Origin: Octopus vulgaris
Lineage: Eukaryota
DNA: 64,000 nt
Direction of reading: 5' to 3'
NCBI GenBank assembly: GCA_951406725.2
Contig: OX597816.1
Location: forward strand, 47,554,001-47,618,000
The notes under the pieces were generated by a model. The model saw nothing but the letters and a program-made list of their open reading frames with translations, was not told the DNA's origin and did not search any database. Position 1 is the first letter of the stretch. Each line of letters begins with the position of its first letter. A program made the position numbers and the translations under genes. This document shows positions 1 to 11,839 of this stretch, piece by piece.

Positions 1-149
1 CCTTGACTCTTATTTATTGACCTAACAAAAACAGGCCTTATGGAAATTGCAATCTTTTTAGTGGGAATGGTAAATCAGTGTTAGAAAGTTCAAGAGACAT
101 CTTGAGGATCCTCGACATCCTTCTCTTATCTAGCATATGCAAATTCAAC

Positions 150-409
150 ATCAACATTGTTTTAGCAGCTTCTTTTCTATACTTGCATGGATCAGATGGA
201 ATTCGTTGTGGTGAATTTTCTTATAACATGATGCATTTCCTGTCACCAGCCTTCACCTGTTCCCAAGCAAGGTAATATTTCCCCATGGTCAGACATGTTT
301 TCACAGAAGATTGGACATGAAAGACACCACCTGCAAGACAGTAATGCTCACTTACAACTATCACATGATGTCAAGACAAGACAAAGAGACAGTCTCACAC
401 ACACACACA

Positions 410-461
<52 letters not shown>

Positions 462-612
462 CAGGCTTCTTTTTGTTTCCATCAACCAAATCCATTCACA
501 AGCCCATTCACTGGGCTATAGTAGAAAATACTTGTCCAAGGTGTCGTGAAGTCGACTAAACTTGAAACCATGTGGTTGTGAAAGAAACTCCTCACCATAC
601 AGACACATCTGC
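150..612 (-). mobile_element. SINE-A head with alternative RTE-like tail (SINE-A2), diverged
   Basis: SINE-A head (reverse strand, ~460-612) and CA tract, then a tail matching 30120-30310 rather than the usual SINE-A tail. Confidence 0.7.
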
Positions 613-914
613 ACCAATAATTCAATGAAAATATTGATTAAATTCACATTTTTGCTGGCAGTAAGTCTGAAGAGTCATTAGAATGTTGGACAGAATGTCT
701 TGCAGTATCTATTCCAACTCTTGGTCATCTGAGTTCAAATCCAGCGAAGGCACCAATAAAAAATTACCAATAACTGAATGATGGATTGGCAGAACTGAAA
801 GAATGATAAACCACATGCCTCATAGTGTTTGTTCTGTTTCTTTGTGCCCAGAATTCAACTTAATCCTTTTTCCAGGCAAACACCACCACCTAACAGCTAA
901 AGAAAAGAAAAAGG

Positions 915-1160
915 TTACCTTCTCAAGTCATATCAATTGATAAAGGCCAGTTTCTCAGTTTCTAAGCTTTACAAATTCCCCACCTGGATAAGACGCTGGT
1001 CTGTCACAGGATTACTCATTTTTGCCAGTTGAGTGGACTGGAGCAACGCAAAATGAAGTGTTTTGCTCAAGAACACAATGCATTACCCAGTTCAGATATC
1101 GAAATCACAATCTTACAATCACGAGTCCAACACTCTAACCACTAAGCTACATGCCTCCAC
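915..1160 (-). mobile_element. tRNA-derived CORE-like SINE (family C)
   Basis: Reverse strand reads GTGGAGGCATGTAGCTTAGTGGTTAGAGTG...GATTTCGATATC...TGTGTTCTTGAGCAAAACAC; related to 1404-1502, 11600-11800 and 38122-38430. Confidence 0.7.
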
Positions 1161-1720
1161 TACCTGACAGCTAAGGTACCAGGTGGTACTGTTTTGGGCA
1201 TTGTCTTCCCTTCTCTCTATGAACATGTAGTTAGAATGCCACAGGAAAGTATCACAAGACAGTTTCTTCATGCTAAGTCAGCAGACAGCAGACCTAGGGG
1301 TAGTCTAAGTATGAGAAGGTTGTAGTTTCAGTTGGCCATGCTTGGGAATCCAGCCAGAAAGTATAATGACTGTTGCTTCTGTTAGGACCTTATGGAGGAG
1401 GTAGTGGAGGTGCGTGGCTTAGTGGTTAGGGTGTTGGACTTGTGATCATAAGATTGTAATTTCGATTCCTGGACTGGGCCATGCATTGTGTTCTTGAGCA
1501 ATCTAAGTTGTTGCGATGGACTGGACCCAATGCACTCTTGGAGTGGTTGGCATTAGGAAGGGCACCTAGCTGTAGAAATTAAGTCAAATCAAACTAGAAC
1601 CTGGTACAGATCTCTCTCTGGTTTACTAGTTCCAGCCAAACTGTCTTACCCATGCCAGCATGGAAAGTAGATGCTAAATGATGATGAGGATGATGATGAA
1701 CATGTGATAGATGGACAGAT

Positions 1721-2137
1721 AGGAGTGGCTGTGTGGTAAGTAGCTTGCTTACCAACCACATGGTTCTAGGTTCAGTCCCACTGCATGGCACCTTGGGCAA
1801 GTGTCTTCTACTAAAGCCTTGGGCTGACCAAAGCCTTGTGAGTGGATTTGGTAGACGGAAACTGAAAGAAGCCCATCGTATATATATCTCTCTCTATATA
1901 TATATGTATGTTTGTGTATATGTTTGTGTGTCTGTGTTTGTCCCGCCAACATTGCTTGACAACCAATGCTGGTGTGTTTACATTCCTGTAACTTAGCGGT
2001 TTGGCAAAAGAGACCGATAGAATAAGTACTAAGCTTACAAAGAATAAGTCCTGGGGTCGATTTGTTCAACTAAAGGCGGTGCTCCAGCATGACCACAGTC
2101 AAATGACTGAAAGAAGTAAAAGAGAAAAGAGAGTAAA
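1721..2137 (+). mobile_element. SINE-A, full length
   Basis: GGAGTGGCTGTGTGGTAAG A-box-like and GGTTCAGTCCC B-box-like head, CCTTGGGCAAGTGTC core, internal (TA)(TG) tract, tail ending in (AAAAGAGT)-like repeats; many near-identical copies in window. Confidence 0.9.
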
Positions 2138-3044
2138 GTGATAGATAAATGTACAGAGAAAATTCTAATAAAAAAAGAGCAACCTTCCAACATATTTTAT
2201 TGCAAAGACTTTTGAATCAAGTGAATGAGTTTAAAAACAATTATATTAAAAGAATTGAAAAAGCGAAGGCATTTTCTTTTCTATTCATGAAAAGAAAAAA
2301 GAATTTATTTCTATTTAAAGTGTGCTAATAAGATTTAATAACCCAAATTTGAAACCTTGTACTTCTTTTAGAAATCAATATTAGATACAAAATTTAATTT
2401 TGTACAAAACTTTTTTGCTTCCACAGCAAATACTTGCTATCAAAGAAAAAAAAATCCATTCAGAGAAATTCTAGTCACATTTTCAAAATAAGCTGGAAAA
2501 AAAAAAGATGAAAACTAAAATAATCTTAAATTCAAGAATAATTATAGAAGTTTATAAAATGATTTAATCAATTAGATAACAATCTAAGTTGTTATAACAG
2601 GCAAAGAAAACAAGCATTTAAAATAATGTGATGAATTGGTTGGGTCATTAGAGCTATGGACAGAATGCTTTGAAATATTGATTTCAACTCTCTGCACTGT
2701 GAGTTCAAATCCTATTAAGGTCAGCTTTAGCTTTTAGCCTTTCAGGGTTGATAAACGAGTATCAATCTAATGCATTGGTTTGATGGAACTATAAGAATGT
2801 CAGAATGGGTGCTTTTCACTGTTTGCTCAGGCTCTTTGTGTTCTGAGTTCAAATCCTGGCTATTATGGTAGATTTAACCTGCTGCCCAGTTTAACACCAC
2901 CACCTGACCCCATGAGTACCTTTAGAGGGTTCCATTCTGTTGCAAACATTTGGGTCAGGCTTCCAGTCTGGGGACAACTTTCAACCCCTCTCTCACCAGT
3001 CTCAGTGGGGGGCATAAATCGTCATGGACACTGCCTTCCCTTAG

Positions 3045-3655
3045 AGGCTGTGTGGTAAGAAGTTTGCTTCTCAACTACATGGTTCTGGGTTCAACCCCAC
3101 AGTGTAGTACTTTGGGCTGGAGTCTTCTACTATAATCCCAGGTTGACTAAAGCCTTGTGGATTTAATAAATGGAAACTTAAAAAGGCCCATTGTGCATAT
3201 GAGGGGACTACTGAAAAGTTTCTGGCTTTGGGTAAAAGAAAATACAAGAGGATCAGTTAATTATGATTTTATTCAACATATTCCCCTCTCAGATTCGCAC
3301 ACTTATTGTAGGGGTACCTTTCAGTTTTCTAAGCTCTGTAAAAGAATATGAAAGGTTGGGCCTACAATAGGGCCTTTTGTGATACCCTTAAAATCAAGAA
3401 CCTTTCACCACCCCTTTGTATATGTGAGTGTGTGTTTGCATTTGTTCTTCCCACTTGATAACCAGCATTGGTTTGTTTACATCTCCATAACTTATCAGTT
3501 TGGCAAAAGAGGTCAACAGGATAAAGTACGACTTTATAAAAAATAAAAAAAACAGAAATAAAAGAAACAAGTGCTGGGGTTCATTTGTTCACGTAAACCC
3601 TTCTAAGTATTGCCCCAGCATGGACACAGTCAATGATGAAAGATAAAAGATAAAC
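3045..3655 (+). mobile_element. SINE-A (old) interrupted by a MITE
   Basis: Head 3045-3197 and tail 3420-3655 on either side of the insert. Confidence 0.75.
3200..3418. mobile_element. Mariner-type MITE
   Basis: Imperfect TIRs TGAGGGGACTACTGAAAAGTTTC / GAACCTTTCACCACCCCTTTG flanked by TA, inside the SINE microsatellite. Confidence 0.65.
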
Positions 3656-4139
3656 CATACAAATATAAAATAATGTTCGATACATTTTTCTCTGTTAGAC
3701 ATTCAGTTATTGGATGTTGTCTTTCAACAGTGAATCTGAATGCAAATCAGCTATGTAGGACTCATAATTTGCCAATTTACTTAGCCTAATATTACCCCTA
3801 ATCAACACAACTTATGATCAAAGGTGTTCCAACCATGACCAAGTTGTCATTCATTAAGGTATATTTATATAGGAGTATATATCCTAATGTGTTCTTTTAG
3901 CCTTTTACTTGTTTCATTCATTTGACTGCATCCATGCTGGAACACCGCTTTAGAGGCGTTTTTTAATTGAAGAAATTAACCCCAGGACTTATTCTTTGTA
4001 AGCCTAGAACTTATTCTCTCAGTCTTTTTTGCTGAACCACTAAGATACGGAGATATAAACACACCAACATCGGTTGTCAAGTGATGGTAAGGGAGCAAAC
4101 ACAGACACAAAGACACACACATATAAATATATACATATA

Positions 4140-5003
4140 TTGGGTCATCCCATAAATAATGTGTTTTTTTTCAATTGCATGAACTGAAGGTAGGAGGGGG
4201 ATGGGATAAACTACCTTCATCAAGCAGGTAGTAATTTTAAATTGTCCTTAATCTTAGTGCAAGTTTTAACAGTTATTTTTTTAAAGCTATAATGGAAGTA
4301 ACAAAGGAACATATTCGGCATATTTTGCTTTATGAGTTCAATAAAGGCAAAAAGTGTAAGGAATATTAATGCAGTATATAGGGATCAGACAATAAATATA
4401 AGCCAGAAATTCCGAATAGGAAACTACAGCCAAGAAGATGAGCCTCATCTTGGAAGATCTGTAGAGCTTGATGAGGACGTCCTGCAAACCCTGGTGGGAC
4501 AAAAACCCATCATAACTATTGACAGACTAGCAGAGAAGCTTGGATTTGCTCATACAACCATTCATTGACACCTGTGGGCCATCGGAAAATGACCATGTTT
4601 GGTTTCAAGACAAAGGGTGTTCTTCCATCAGGATAATGCTCAGCCACATACAGCGAGGATGATATTTCAAAGGCTGGAGCAGTTTGTATGGGAAACAATG
4701 CCCCATCTACCATATTCACCAGATATTGCCCCATCTCATTATCATTTATTCTGCAGTCTTCAAAATCATTTGGATGGAAAAGATACGAATTCTCTAGACG
4801 AGGTTAGAACAGTACTGGAGGAGTATTTTTCGTCATGGACAAGTGAATTTTAGAAGAGGGGCCCTGGAAGTCTACCAGATAGATGGAAGACCATTGTAGA
4901 AAATGAAGGAGAGTATATTTTAGATTAAAAAAGAACTTAGTTTATTTTAATCTTAAAAATTAAAAGAAGTATAAAAAACCGCATTTTGGGGGGGATGACC
5001 TAA
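4140..5003 (+). mobile_element. Mariner (DD34D) transposon, internally deleted and frameshifted
   Basis: MEVTKEHIRHILLYEF start at 4292; FFHQDNAQPH and PYSPDIAPS(H)YHLF motifs; TIRs TTGGGTCATCCCATAAATAATG / GCATT..GGGATGACCTAA. Confidence 0.9.
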
Positions 5004-5438
5004 TCAGGTCATCCCATAAGTTTTGTCCAAATTTTGAATAAAGAAAACAAGTGATCAAATGCGATATTTAATTGAAATTTAATCATCATTGTACTTTCCC
5101 TGATTATCTATGACTTCCTTCCATCTATTTACAAGCTTTTTAATCCCATCAATGTAAAACTCTTTTGGTTTCAAAGTGAAGAACTCTGAAATATCAGTTT
5201 CAATCTCTCCCTGGCTTGCGAAAGTTATGTCCCACAAATGATTCTGTAAACTACGAAACAAATGGTAGTCTGAAGGAGCAAGGTCATGAGAATAAGGTGG
5301 ACGAGGAATTTTTTCCCAACCAAGCTCTTTGATCTTCTGTGATGCATAAAAATAATTTTTAATTCCTTTAGACATTCTAAAATACTATTAAATTTCATTC
5401 AATTTTAAAAAAGGTAAAATCGGACCAAACTGACCTGA
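5004..5438 (-). mobile_element. Second mariner deletion derivative
   Basis: ORF 5079-5375 has PPYSHDLAPSDYHLFRSLQNHL and ...RWKEVIDNQGKY; TIRs TCAGGTCATCCCATAAG / ...TGACCTGA followed by TA. Confidence 0.9.
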
Positions 5439-6169
5439 TACAATGGGTTTCTTTCAGTTTCCGTTCACAAAATTCACTCACAAGGCTTTAGTTGGCCTGA
5501 GGCAATAATAGAAGACACTTGCCCAAGGTGCCATGCAGTGGAACTGAACCTGGAACTATGTGGGTGAGAAGCAAGCTTCTATCCACACAACTACACTTGA
5601 ACCTTTTATTTTTTAGATGATTAGGCATGATTTGAAAGAGATTTGGTTGCTATTTCTAACAGAGTGACCACATGCAGACACCCTTGTTTGCTTATCTCAT
5701 TTCTACGAATGGCTCACAGGAGGGTTAGGAGTAGGCAAAATGACAATGCTAAGTGGTCAAAATTTAGAGGTCACAACAAGGCAAAGTGACACTGTTTAGA
5801 GCATGCAATAGTAATTTTCAGTTAAATGGATGAGAATCATTAAAGCCAAGTGTTTTGGTCATGGACACAATGCATTATTCAGTTATATAGGCTGATTGTC
5901 TGGTTTCCTGTCTACTCTGCTATATATGCACACATATGAGCACCCCCCCCCACACACACATGCACACACGCCCCCCCACACACACACAAGTGCACGCGCA
6001 CACACACAGTTATGACAGACTCACACATCTAGTTATTCAAATTTTACTCTCTTGATCATCACATGGATACAAAGTGTATAAATAACCATAAATAACAATT
6101 GGTATTGAATACTAATTTGAAATTCTTGTCTGCATGTATGTACACTATATACTTAGTCAAAGTGTTTAT

Positions 6170-6736
6170 CAGTATGAACAAAATTTGGTTAGCAGATGGT
6201 GACTGCATGTACCTACTGCTGATAAAGTGTAAACATGCTGAAATCATGTGATCCAGCAGTTCTACAGCTGGTGCTGGACATTTTTTATCCTCTACTAATA
6301 TTTTGTGTGTTTAAATACTACATGTCCATGTGAGATGCTTCTCCAGGATAAATACTGCAGTTTATGGCATTCTTAAACTACATCCCAGTTACATCTGATA
6401 TAAAGATTGCTATTTGGTAATACTGCTTCCTTCACTAATAACTAAGTTTTACCCCACCTGTCAGCTATTTACAACACTAGTGATTGGTCACTGTTTTTCT
6501 ATAAATAAGTATTAGCAAAATGTGGCTAGCAGATGGTGATAGAAGATATCTGCCTCTGATGAAGGGCAAGCAGGCTGAAATTATGTGATCTAGCAGTTTC
6601 ACTGCTAGTGCTGGACAGTTTTTGATTACTGCTGATATTCTGTGTTTTTTATCACTATACATCAATATGAGATGCTTTCTACAAAGAATGGCTCAGTTTA
6701 TGGAATTCTTAAAGTACATCCAAGTTATAAAGATTG
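6170..6736 (-). pseudogene. Two diverged tandem copies (period ~338 bp) of a formerly coding-like segment, unknown product
   Basis: KKCPAPAVELLDHMISACLHFISSRY vs KNCPALAVKLLDHIISACLPFIRGRY; many differences at third codon positions; stops and frameshifts present. Confidence 0.45.
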
Positions 6737-6866
6737 ATATAGATACATACATTCACACACACACACATGTATATATATATAAGGACACAGATAGTATGTT
6801 TTACAAGCTGACCACTGATAAGATCAGTAATTGATTTTCTCCTTAATTATGCATGCATGTATGTAT

Positions 6867-6930
<64 letters not shown>

Positions 6931-7081
6931 AAATATAGGAGTTTAGTTCACAGGTGATCTAAGTGATGAGCTATGCTAGGTAATTGCTGTAATGGATTAC
7001 TAAGGCTTCAAGGTTATAGCCGAGATGGTAGTTATGGAGCCATTGAAGATTTCCTCTTTAACAATTATATATATATTTATA

Positions 7082-7125
<44 letters not shown>

Positions 7126-7144
7126 TATATACATATATATATAT

Positions 7145-8195
7145 GTAATGTCAGTGTACTTACTCGACAGAGCGTTAGTACCTTGAGAGAAATGTTGTAC
7201 CTAAGAAGCATCAGTTGTTGTGTGCAAGAGAGACGATTGCGCTGGTATGGTCATGTGGCGAGAATGGATGAAGAGAGGTGTGTGAGAAAGTGCCAATCCC
7301 TAGCAGTTGAAGGAACCCGTGGAAGAGGTAGACCCAGGAAAACCTGGGATGAGGTGGTGAAGCACGACCTTCGGACGTTAGGTCTCACCATGGAAATGAC
7401 TAGAGACCGAGACCTATGGAAGTATGCTGTGCGTGAGAAGACCCGGCAAGACTAGTGAAGCCATAATCCGTGGCCCCTACCTGGGACGTAGTCAGTCCAC
7501 CTGTGCATACCTTCCTTCTTGTGACACTTGTGAAGACCTGTTGAGGCAAGTGAGAATCGAATCGTATCAAATCAAATCGAACCAAATCAAAATAGATGAA
7601 CATCAATGGAATTTGTATCCTTGTGGTACCAGTGCCGGTGGCACATAAGAAAACCATCCGAACGTGACCGTAGCCAGTACCGCAATGACTGGCCTCCGTG
7701 CTGAGGGCACGTAACAAACACCATCCGAGCGTGGCCGTCCGCCAGCCTCGTCTAGCACCTGTGTCGGTGACACATAAGAAAACACCATCCGAGCGTGGCC
7801 GTCTGCCAGCCTCGTCTGGCACCTGTGTCGGTGGCACATAAAAAACACCATCCGAGCGTGGCCGTCTGCCAGCCTCGTCTGGCACCTGTGTCGGTGGCAC
7901 ATAAAAAACACCATCCGAGCGTGGCCGTCTGCCAGCCTCGTCTGGCACCTGTGTCGGTGGCACATAAAAAACACCATCCGAGCGTGGCCGTCTGCCAGCC
8001 TCGTCTGGCACCTGTGTCGGTGGCACATAAAATCACCCACTACACTCTCGGAGTGGTTGGCGTTAGGAAGGGCATCCAGCTGTAGAAACACTGCCACATC
8101 TGACTGGCCTGGTGCAGCCTTCGGGCTTCCCAGACCCCAGTTGAACCGTCCAACCCATGCTAGCATGGAAAGCGGACGTTAAACGATGATGATGA

Positions 8196-8197
<2 letters not shown>
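7145..8197 (+). mobile_element. RTE-clade LINE, 5'-truncated 3' end with (GAT)n tail
   Basis: C-terminal peptide RRLRWYGHVARM...GTRGRGRPRKTW...RDRDLWK (stop at 7455), 3' UTR with tandem array, ends GGACGTTAAAC(GAT)n; flanked by (TA)n. Confidence 0.9.
7719..8033 (+). repeat. Five 63-64 bp tandem units in the RTE 3' UTR
   Basis: Units start at 7719, 7783, 7846, 7909, 7972 and are nearly identical; one diverged unit lies upstream. Confidence 0.95.
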
Positions 8198-8289
<92 letters not shown>

Positions 8290-8347
8290 ACATAAATATA
8301 TATATGTATGTGTGTATATATATATATATGTATATATATATACATAC

Positions 8348-8519
8348 AGGCATAGAAGTGGTTGTGTGGTAAGTAGCTTACTTACGAACCACATGGTTCT
8401 GAGTTCAGTCCTACTGCGTAACACTTTGGGCAAGTGTCTTCTACTATAGCTTCGGGCTGACCAAAGCCTTGTGAGTGGATTTGGTAGATGGAAACTGAAA
8501 GAAGCCTGTCGTATATATG

Positions 8520-8550
<31 letters not shown>

Positions 8551-8754
8551 ATGTGTATGTATGTCTGTGTTTGTCCCCTAAACATTGCTTGATAACCGCT
8601 GCTGGTGTGTTTACGTCTGTGTAACAGCGGTTTGGCAAAAGAGACCGATAGAATAAGTACTAGGGTTACAAAGAATAAGTTCTGGGGTCGATTTGTTTGA
8701 CTAAAGGCGGTGCTCCAGCATGGCCACAGTAAATGACTGAAACAAGTAAAAGAG

Positions 8755-8755
<1 letters not shown>
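8348..8755 (+). mobile_element. SINE-A, full length
   Basis: Matches SINE-A head, internal tract and tail. Confidence 0.9.
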
Positions 8756-8795
<40 letters not shown>

Positions 8796-8818
8796 GTATG
8801 TATATATATGTATGTATG

Positions 8819-8970
8819 TCATCATCATCATCATCATCATCATTTAGCGTCCGTTCTCCATGCTAGCATGGGTTGGACGGTTCAACTGGGGTCTGTGAAG
8901 CTGGAAGGCTTCATCAGGCCCAGTCAGATCTGGCAGTGTTTCTACGGCTGGATGCCCTTCCTAACGCCAA
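8819..8970 (-). mobile_element. RTE LINE extreme 3' end
   Basis: (CAT)n followed by reverse complement of 8055-8185. Confidence 0.85.
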
Positions 8971-8977
8971 TATGTGT

Positions 8978-9045
<68 letters not shown>

Positions 9046-9048
9046 ATA

Positions 9049-9583
9049 CAAGGTGCAGTGAATTAACTGTCATCTACATTACGTATAACTGAAAATAACA
9101 CAGACATCTTATTTTAACAGATATATTTACCAAAATTATATAAAAATATCTTGAAATACTATAGAGTGAATTTATTCAATAAAATCGCCATTGGCTTCAA
9201 CCACAGCCTCCAGACGACTTTGGAATCTCCTACAACTCTTCTGGACGCTCTCCTTATCTAAGTTGGTGAATACTGCCATAATTTTTACTTTTGGTTCATC
9301 TTTGCTGTTACAAGGAATTTTGTTGGTCTTTCACTGAACTGCACCCCATACATAATAATCAAGGGGCTTGCTGCCTGGGGAGTTAGGTGGCCAGATGTTA
9401 GGGGTGATGTGGTCGCAGAAGTTTCTGACAGCCATGACTGGACTTTTCTGAGTGAATTGCGTGAGGGTGCTGTTTTTCTCACAGACAGTCCCCAACTGAC
9501 CCTACTATACTGTGTAGTTGACAAAATATAAAAAAAATGCACATGCATAAAACTAAAACTATAAGATGACTTATCACACCCTG
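9049..9583 (-). mobile_element. Tc1/mariner superfamily relic (maT/DD37D-like)
   Basis: Minus-strand, frameshifted ..NIWPPNSP..PLDYYVWG...RLEAVVEANGDFIE*; short TIRs CA(A/G)GGTG with TA flanks. Confidence 0.8.
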
Positions 9584-10473
9584 TATACACACCCTGTATA
9601 TACACACACGCACACACACATATCTATAGATGTATGTAGGTATGTATGTTATATTTCTATATGTCATCAGGGGATTGTGTTTGCAAGTATTTCTATTCAC
9701 AAAATATATTTACACCCAAATTGAAAAGAATCCAATACCTGGGATAGAGTAAATTTATTGCGTATATTAGTTCCGGAAGGTTAGTGGTAAGAGATCCAAT
9801 ATATTTGGTAGCTCACTCTGAATTTATCATGGGAAATTACATCGTGGTAAATATATCGTCTGCAATTTCATTTTGTTACCTGGTAGATTTATCATAAAGT
9901 AATTACATCACAACTCAATACAACAATATTAAATTCATCATCATACTTGTCATTGACAGACAAAACACAACACTAAACATAATTTGAAATTTTTATTTCT
10001 AAATCATCATATTTCAATATAAATGACAAAAATAATTCCAAGACAAAATTATTGTATCCATTTATTCTTTACCTTTCACCTTCTACTTGTTTCAGCCATT
10101 CGATTGAGGCCATGCTGGGGCATTATCCAGAAGGGTTTTGTCAAACACATCAACCCTAGTATTTATTTTTAAGGTTGATTCTTATTCCATGGGCTTTTTT
10201 TGCTGAATCACCAAGTTCATGAGGATATAAACCAGGAGTGGGGAAAGTCCCATCTGTGGGTGCACTTGTGCCTGTGAACCCATGTTATTGTACCCATTGG
10301 CTCATATACTCATATGTACAAAATATAGTAAATTTTTCAATTATAAAATTTGTACAATATTTGTATGCCTTTTTGCGACATAAATCATGTATCCACTATG
10401 ATTTAAAATGGTTAGACTCAAAAAGAAATCGCCTGGTAATTACCATTTGAAAGGAAAATTTGTTTTCACTATA

Positions 10474-10880
10474 AGTGGCTGTGTGGTAAGTAGCTTGTTT
10501 ACCAACAACATGGTTCCGGGTTCAGTCCCACTGCGTGGCACCTTGGGCAAGTGTCTTTTACTATAGCCTCGGGCCGACCAAAGCCTTGTGAGTAGATTTG
10601 GTAGATGGAAACTGAAAGAAGCCCGTTGTATATATGTATATATATATATGTATGTGTGTGTGTTTGTGTGTCTGTGTTTGTCCCCCTAGCATTGCTTGAC
10701 AACTGATGCTGGTGTGTTTATGTTCCCGTTACCTAGCGGTTCGGCAAAAGAGACCAATAGAATAAGTACTGGGCTTACAAAAGAATAAGTCCCGGGGTCG
10801 AGTTGCTCGATTAAAGGTGGTGCTCCAGCATGGCCGCAGTCAAATGACTGAAACAAGTAAAAGAGTAAAAAGAGAGAGAG
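10474..10880 (+). mobile_element. SINE-A, full length
   Basis: Close match to other copies. Confidence 0.9.
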
Positions 10881-11060
10881 ATATTGCTAGGCTTGTACCA
10901 CCCTCTTGAGATCTAACTACACTCAAGTTGAAAAATATAGAATATCTCATAAGTAATATAAACGTCCTAAATTCAGTGACAGTGTTAATGAAGATGTTAC
11001 ACATTAATTCAAAGTGTTAAACTTATCTTTATTAATGTATATCAAATTATACATAGATAT

Positions 11061-11255
11061 ACTCTTTTCCTTGTTTCAGTCCTTTTGACTGCGGCCATGC
11101 TGGATCACTGCCTTTAGTCAAGCAAATCGACCCCAGGACTTATTCTTTGTAAGCCTAGTACTTATTCTATCGTTCTCTTTGGCCGAACCACTAAGTTACA
11201 GGGATGTAAACACACCAGCATCGGTTGTCAAGCGATCTTGGGGGGACAAATACAA

Positions 11256-11312
<57 letters not shown>

Positions 11313-11470
11313 CATATACGACGGGCTTCTTTCAATTTCCGTCTACCAAATCCACTCACATGGCTTTGGTCAGCCCGAGGCTATAGTAGAAGACACTTGC
11401 CCAAGGTGGCATGCAGTGGGATTGAACCCGGAACCATGTGGTTCATAAGCAAGCTACTTATACTTACACA
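11061..11470 (-). mobile_element. SINE-A, full length
   Basis: Reverse complement of 10474-10880 with few differences. Confidence 0.9.
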
Positions 11471-11839
11471 GATATAAGAGTTAGAACTTATCTGCCTGCA
11501 GACCGTTTTCTTTGAAAAACTTTTGCTTGCTGCACTAAATAGTTTCCCCACCCCTGATATAAACAAACATTGCTTCCCATCCATGGCACAAGTTTCCATT
11601 TATGGCACAAGTCCAAGCAAGATTGTGGAAGACCAGAAGTCACTCATGCATACCAATCTCCCCTCTCCATGTTACCAATGTTGTCCAAGGGAAAGGCAAA
11701 AGCTGATACAGCTTGGCACCAGTGACGTCGCAACCCATTTCTACAGCTGAGTAGACTGGAGCAATGTGAAATAAAGTGTCTTGCTCAAGAACACAGCACA
11801 CAAATTTTTATGTCACTTTTTCTCAAGAACAGCTTGATG

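Larger units (their letters stand above)
3903..5597 (-). mobile_element. SINE-A split by two mariner relics
   Basis: Tail at 3903-4139, head resumes at ~5441. Confidence 0.8.

Noticed and set aside
1733-2069. Recurring short ORFs such as YDGLLSVSVYQIHSQGFG across the window
   Set aside because: Translations of SINE-A in various frames, not a gene family
7400-8166. Overlapping ORFs with 21-aa repeats; CRISPR-like appearance
   Set aside because: Products of a 63-bp tandem repeat open in several frames; units are identical with no unique spacers, lie in a LINE 3' UTR, and no cas-like gene is present
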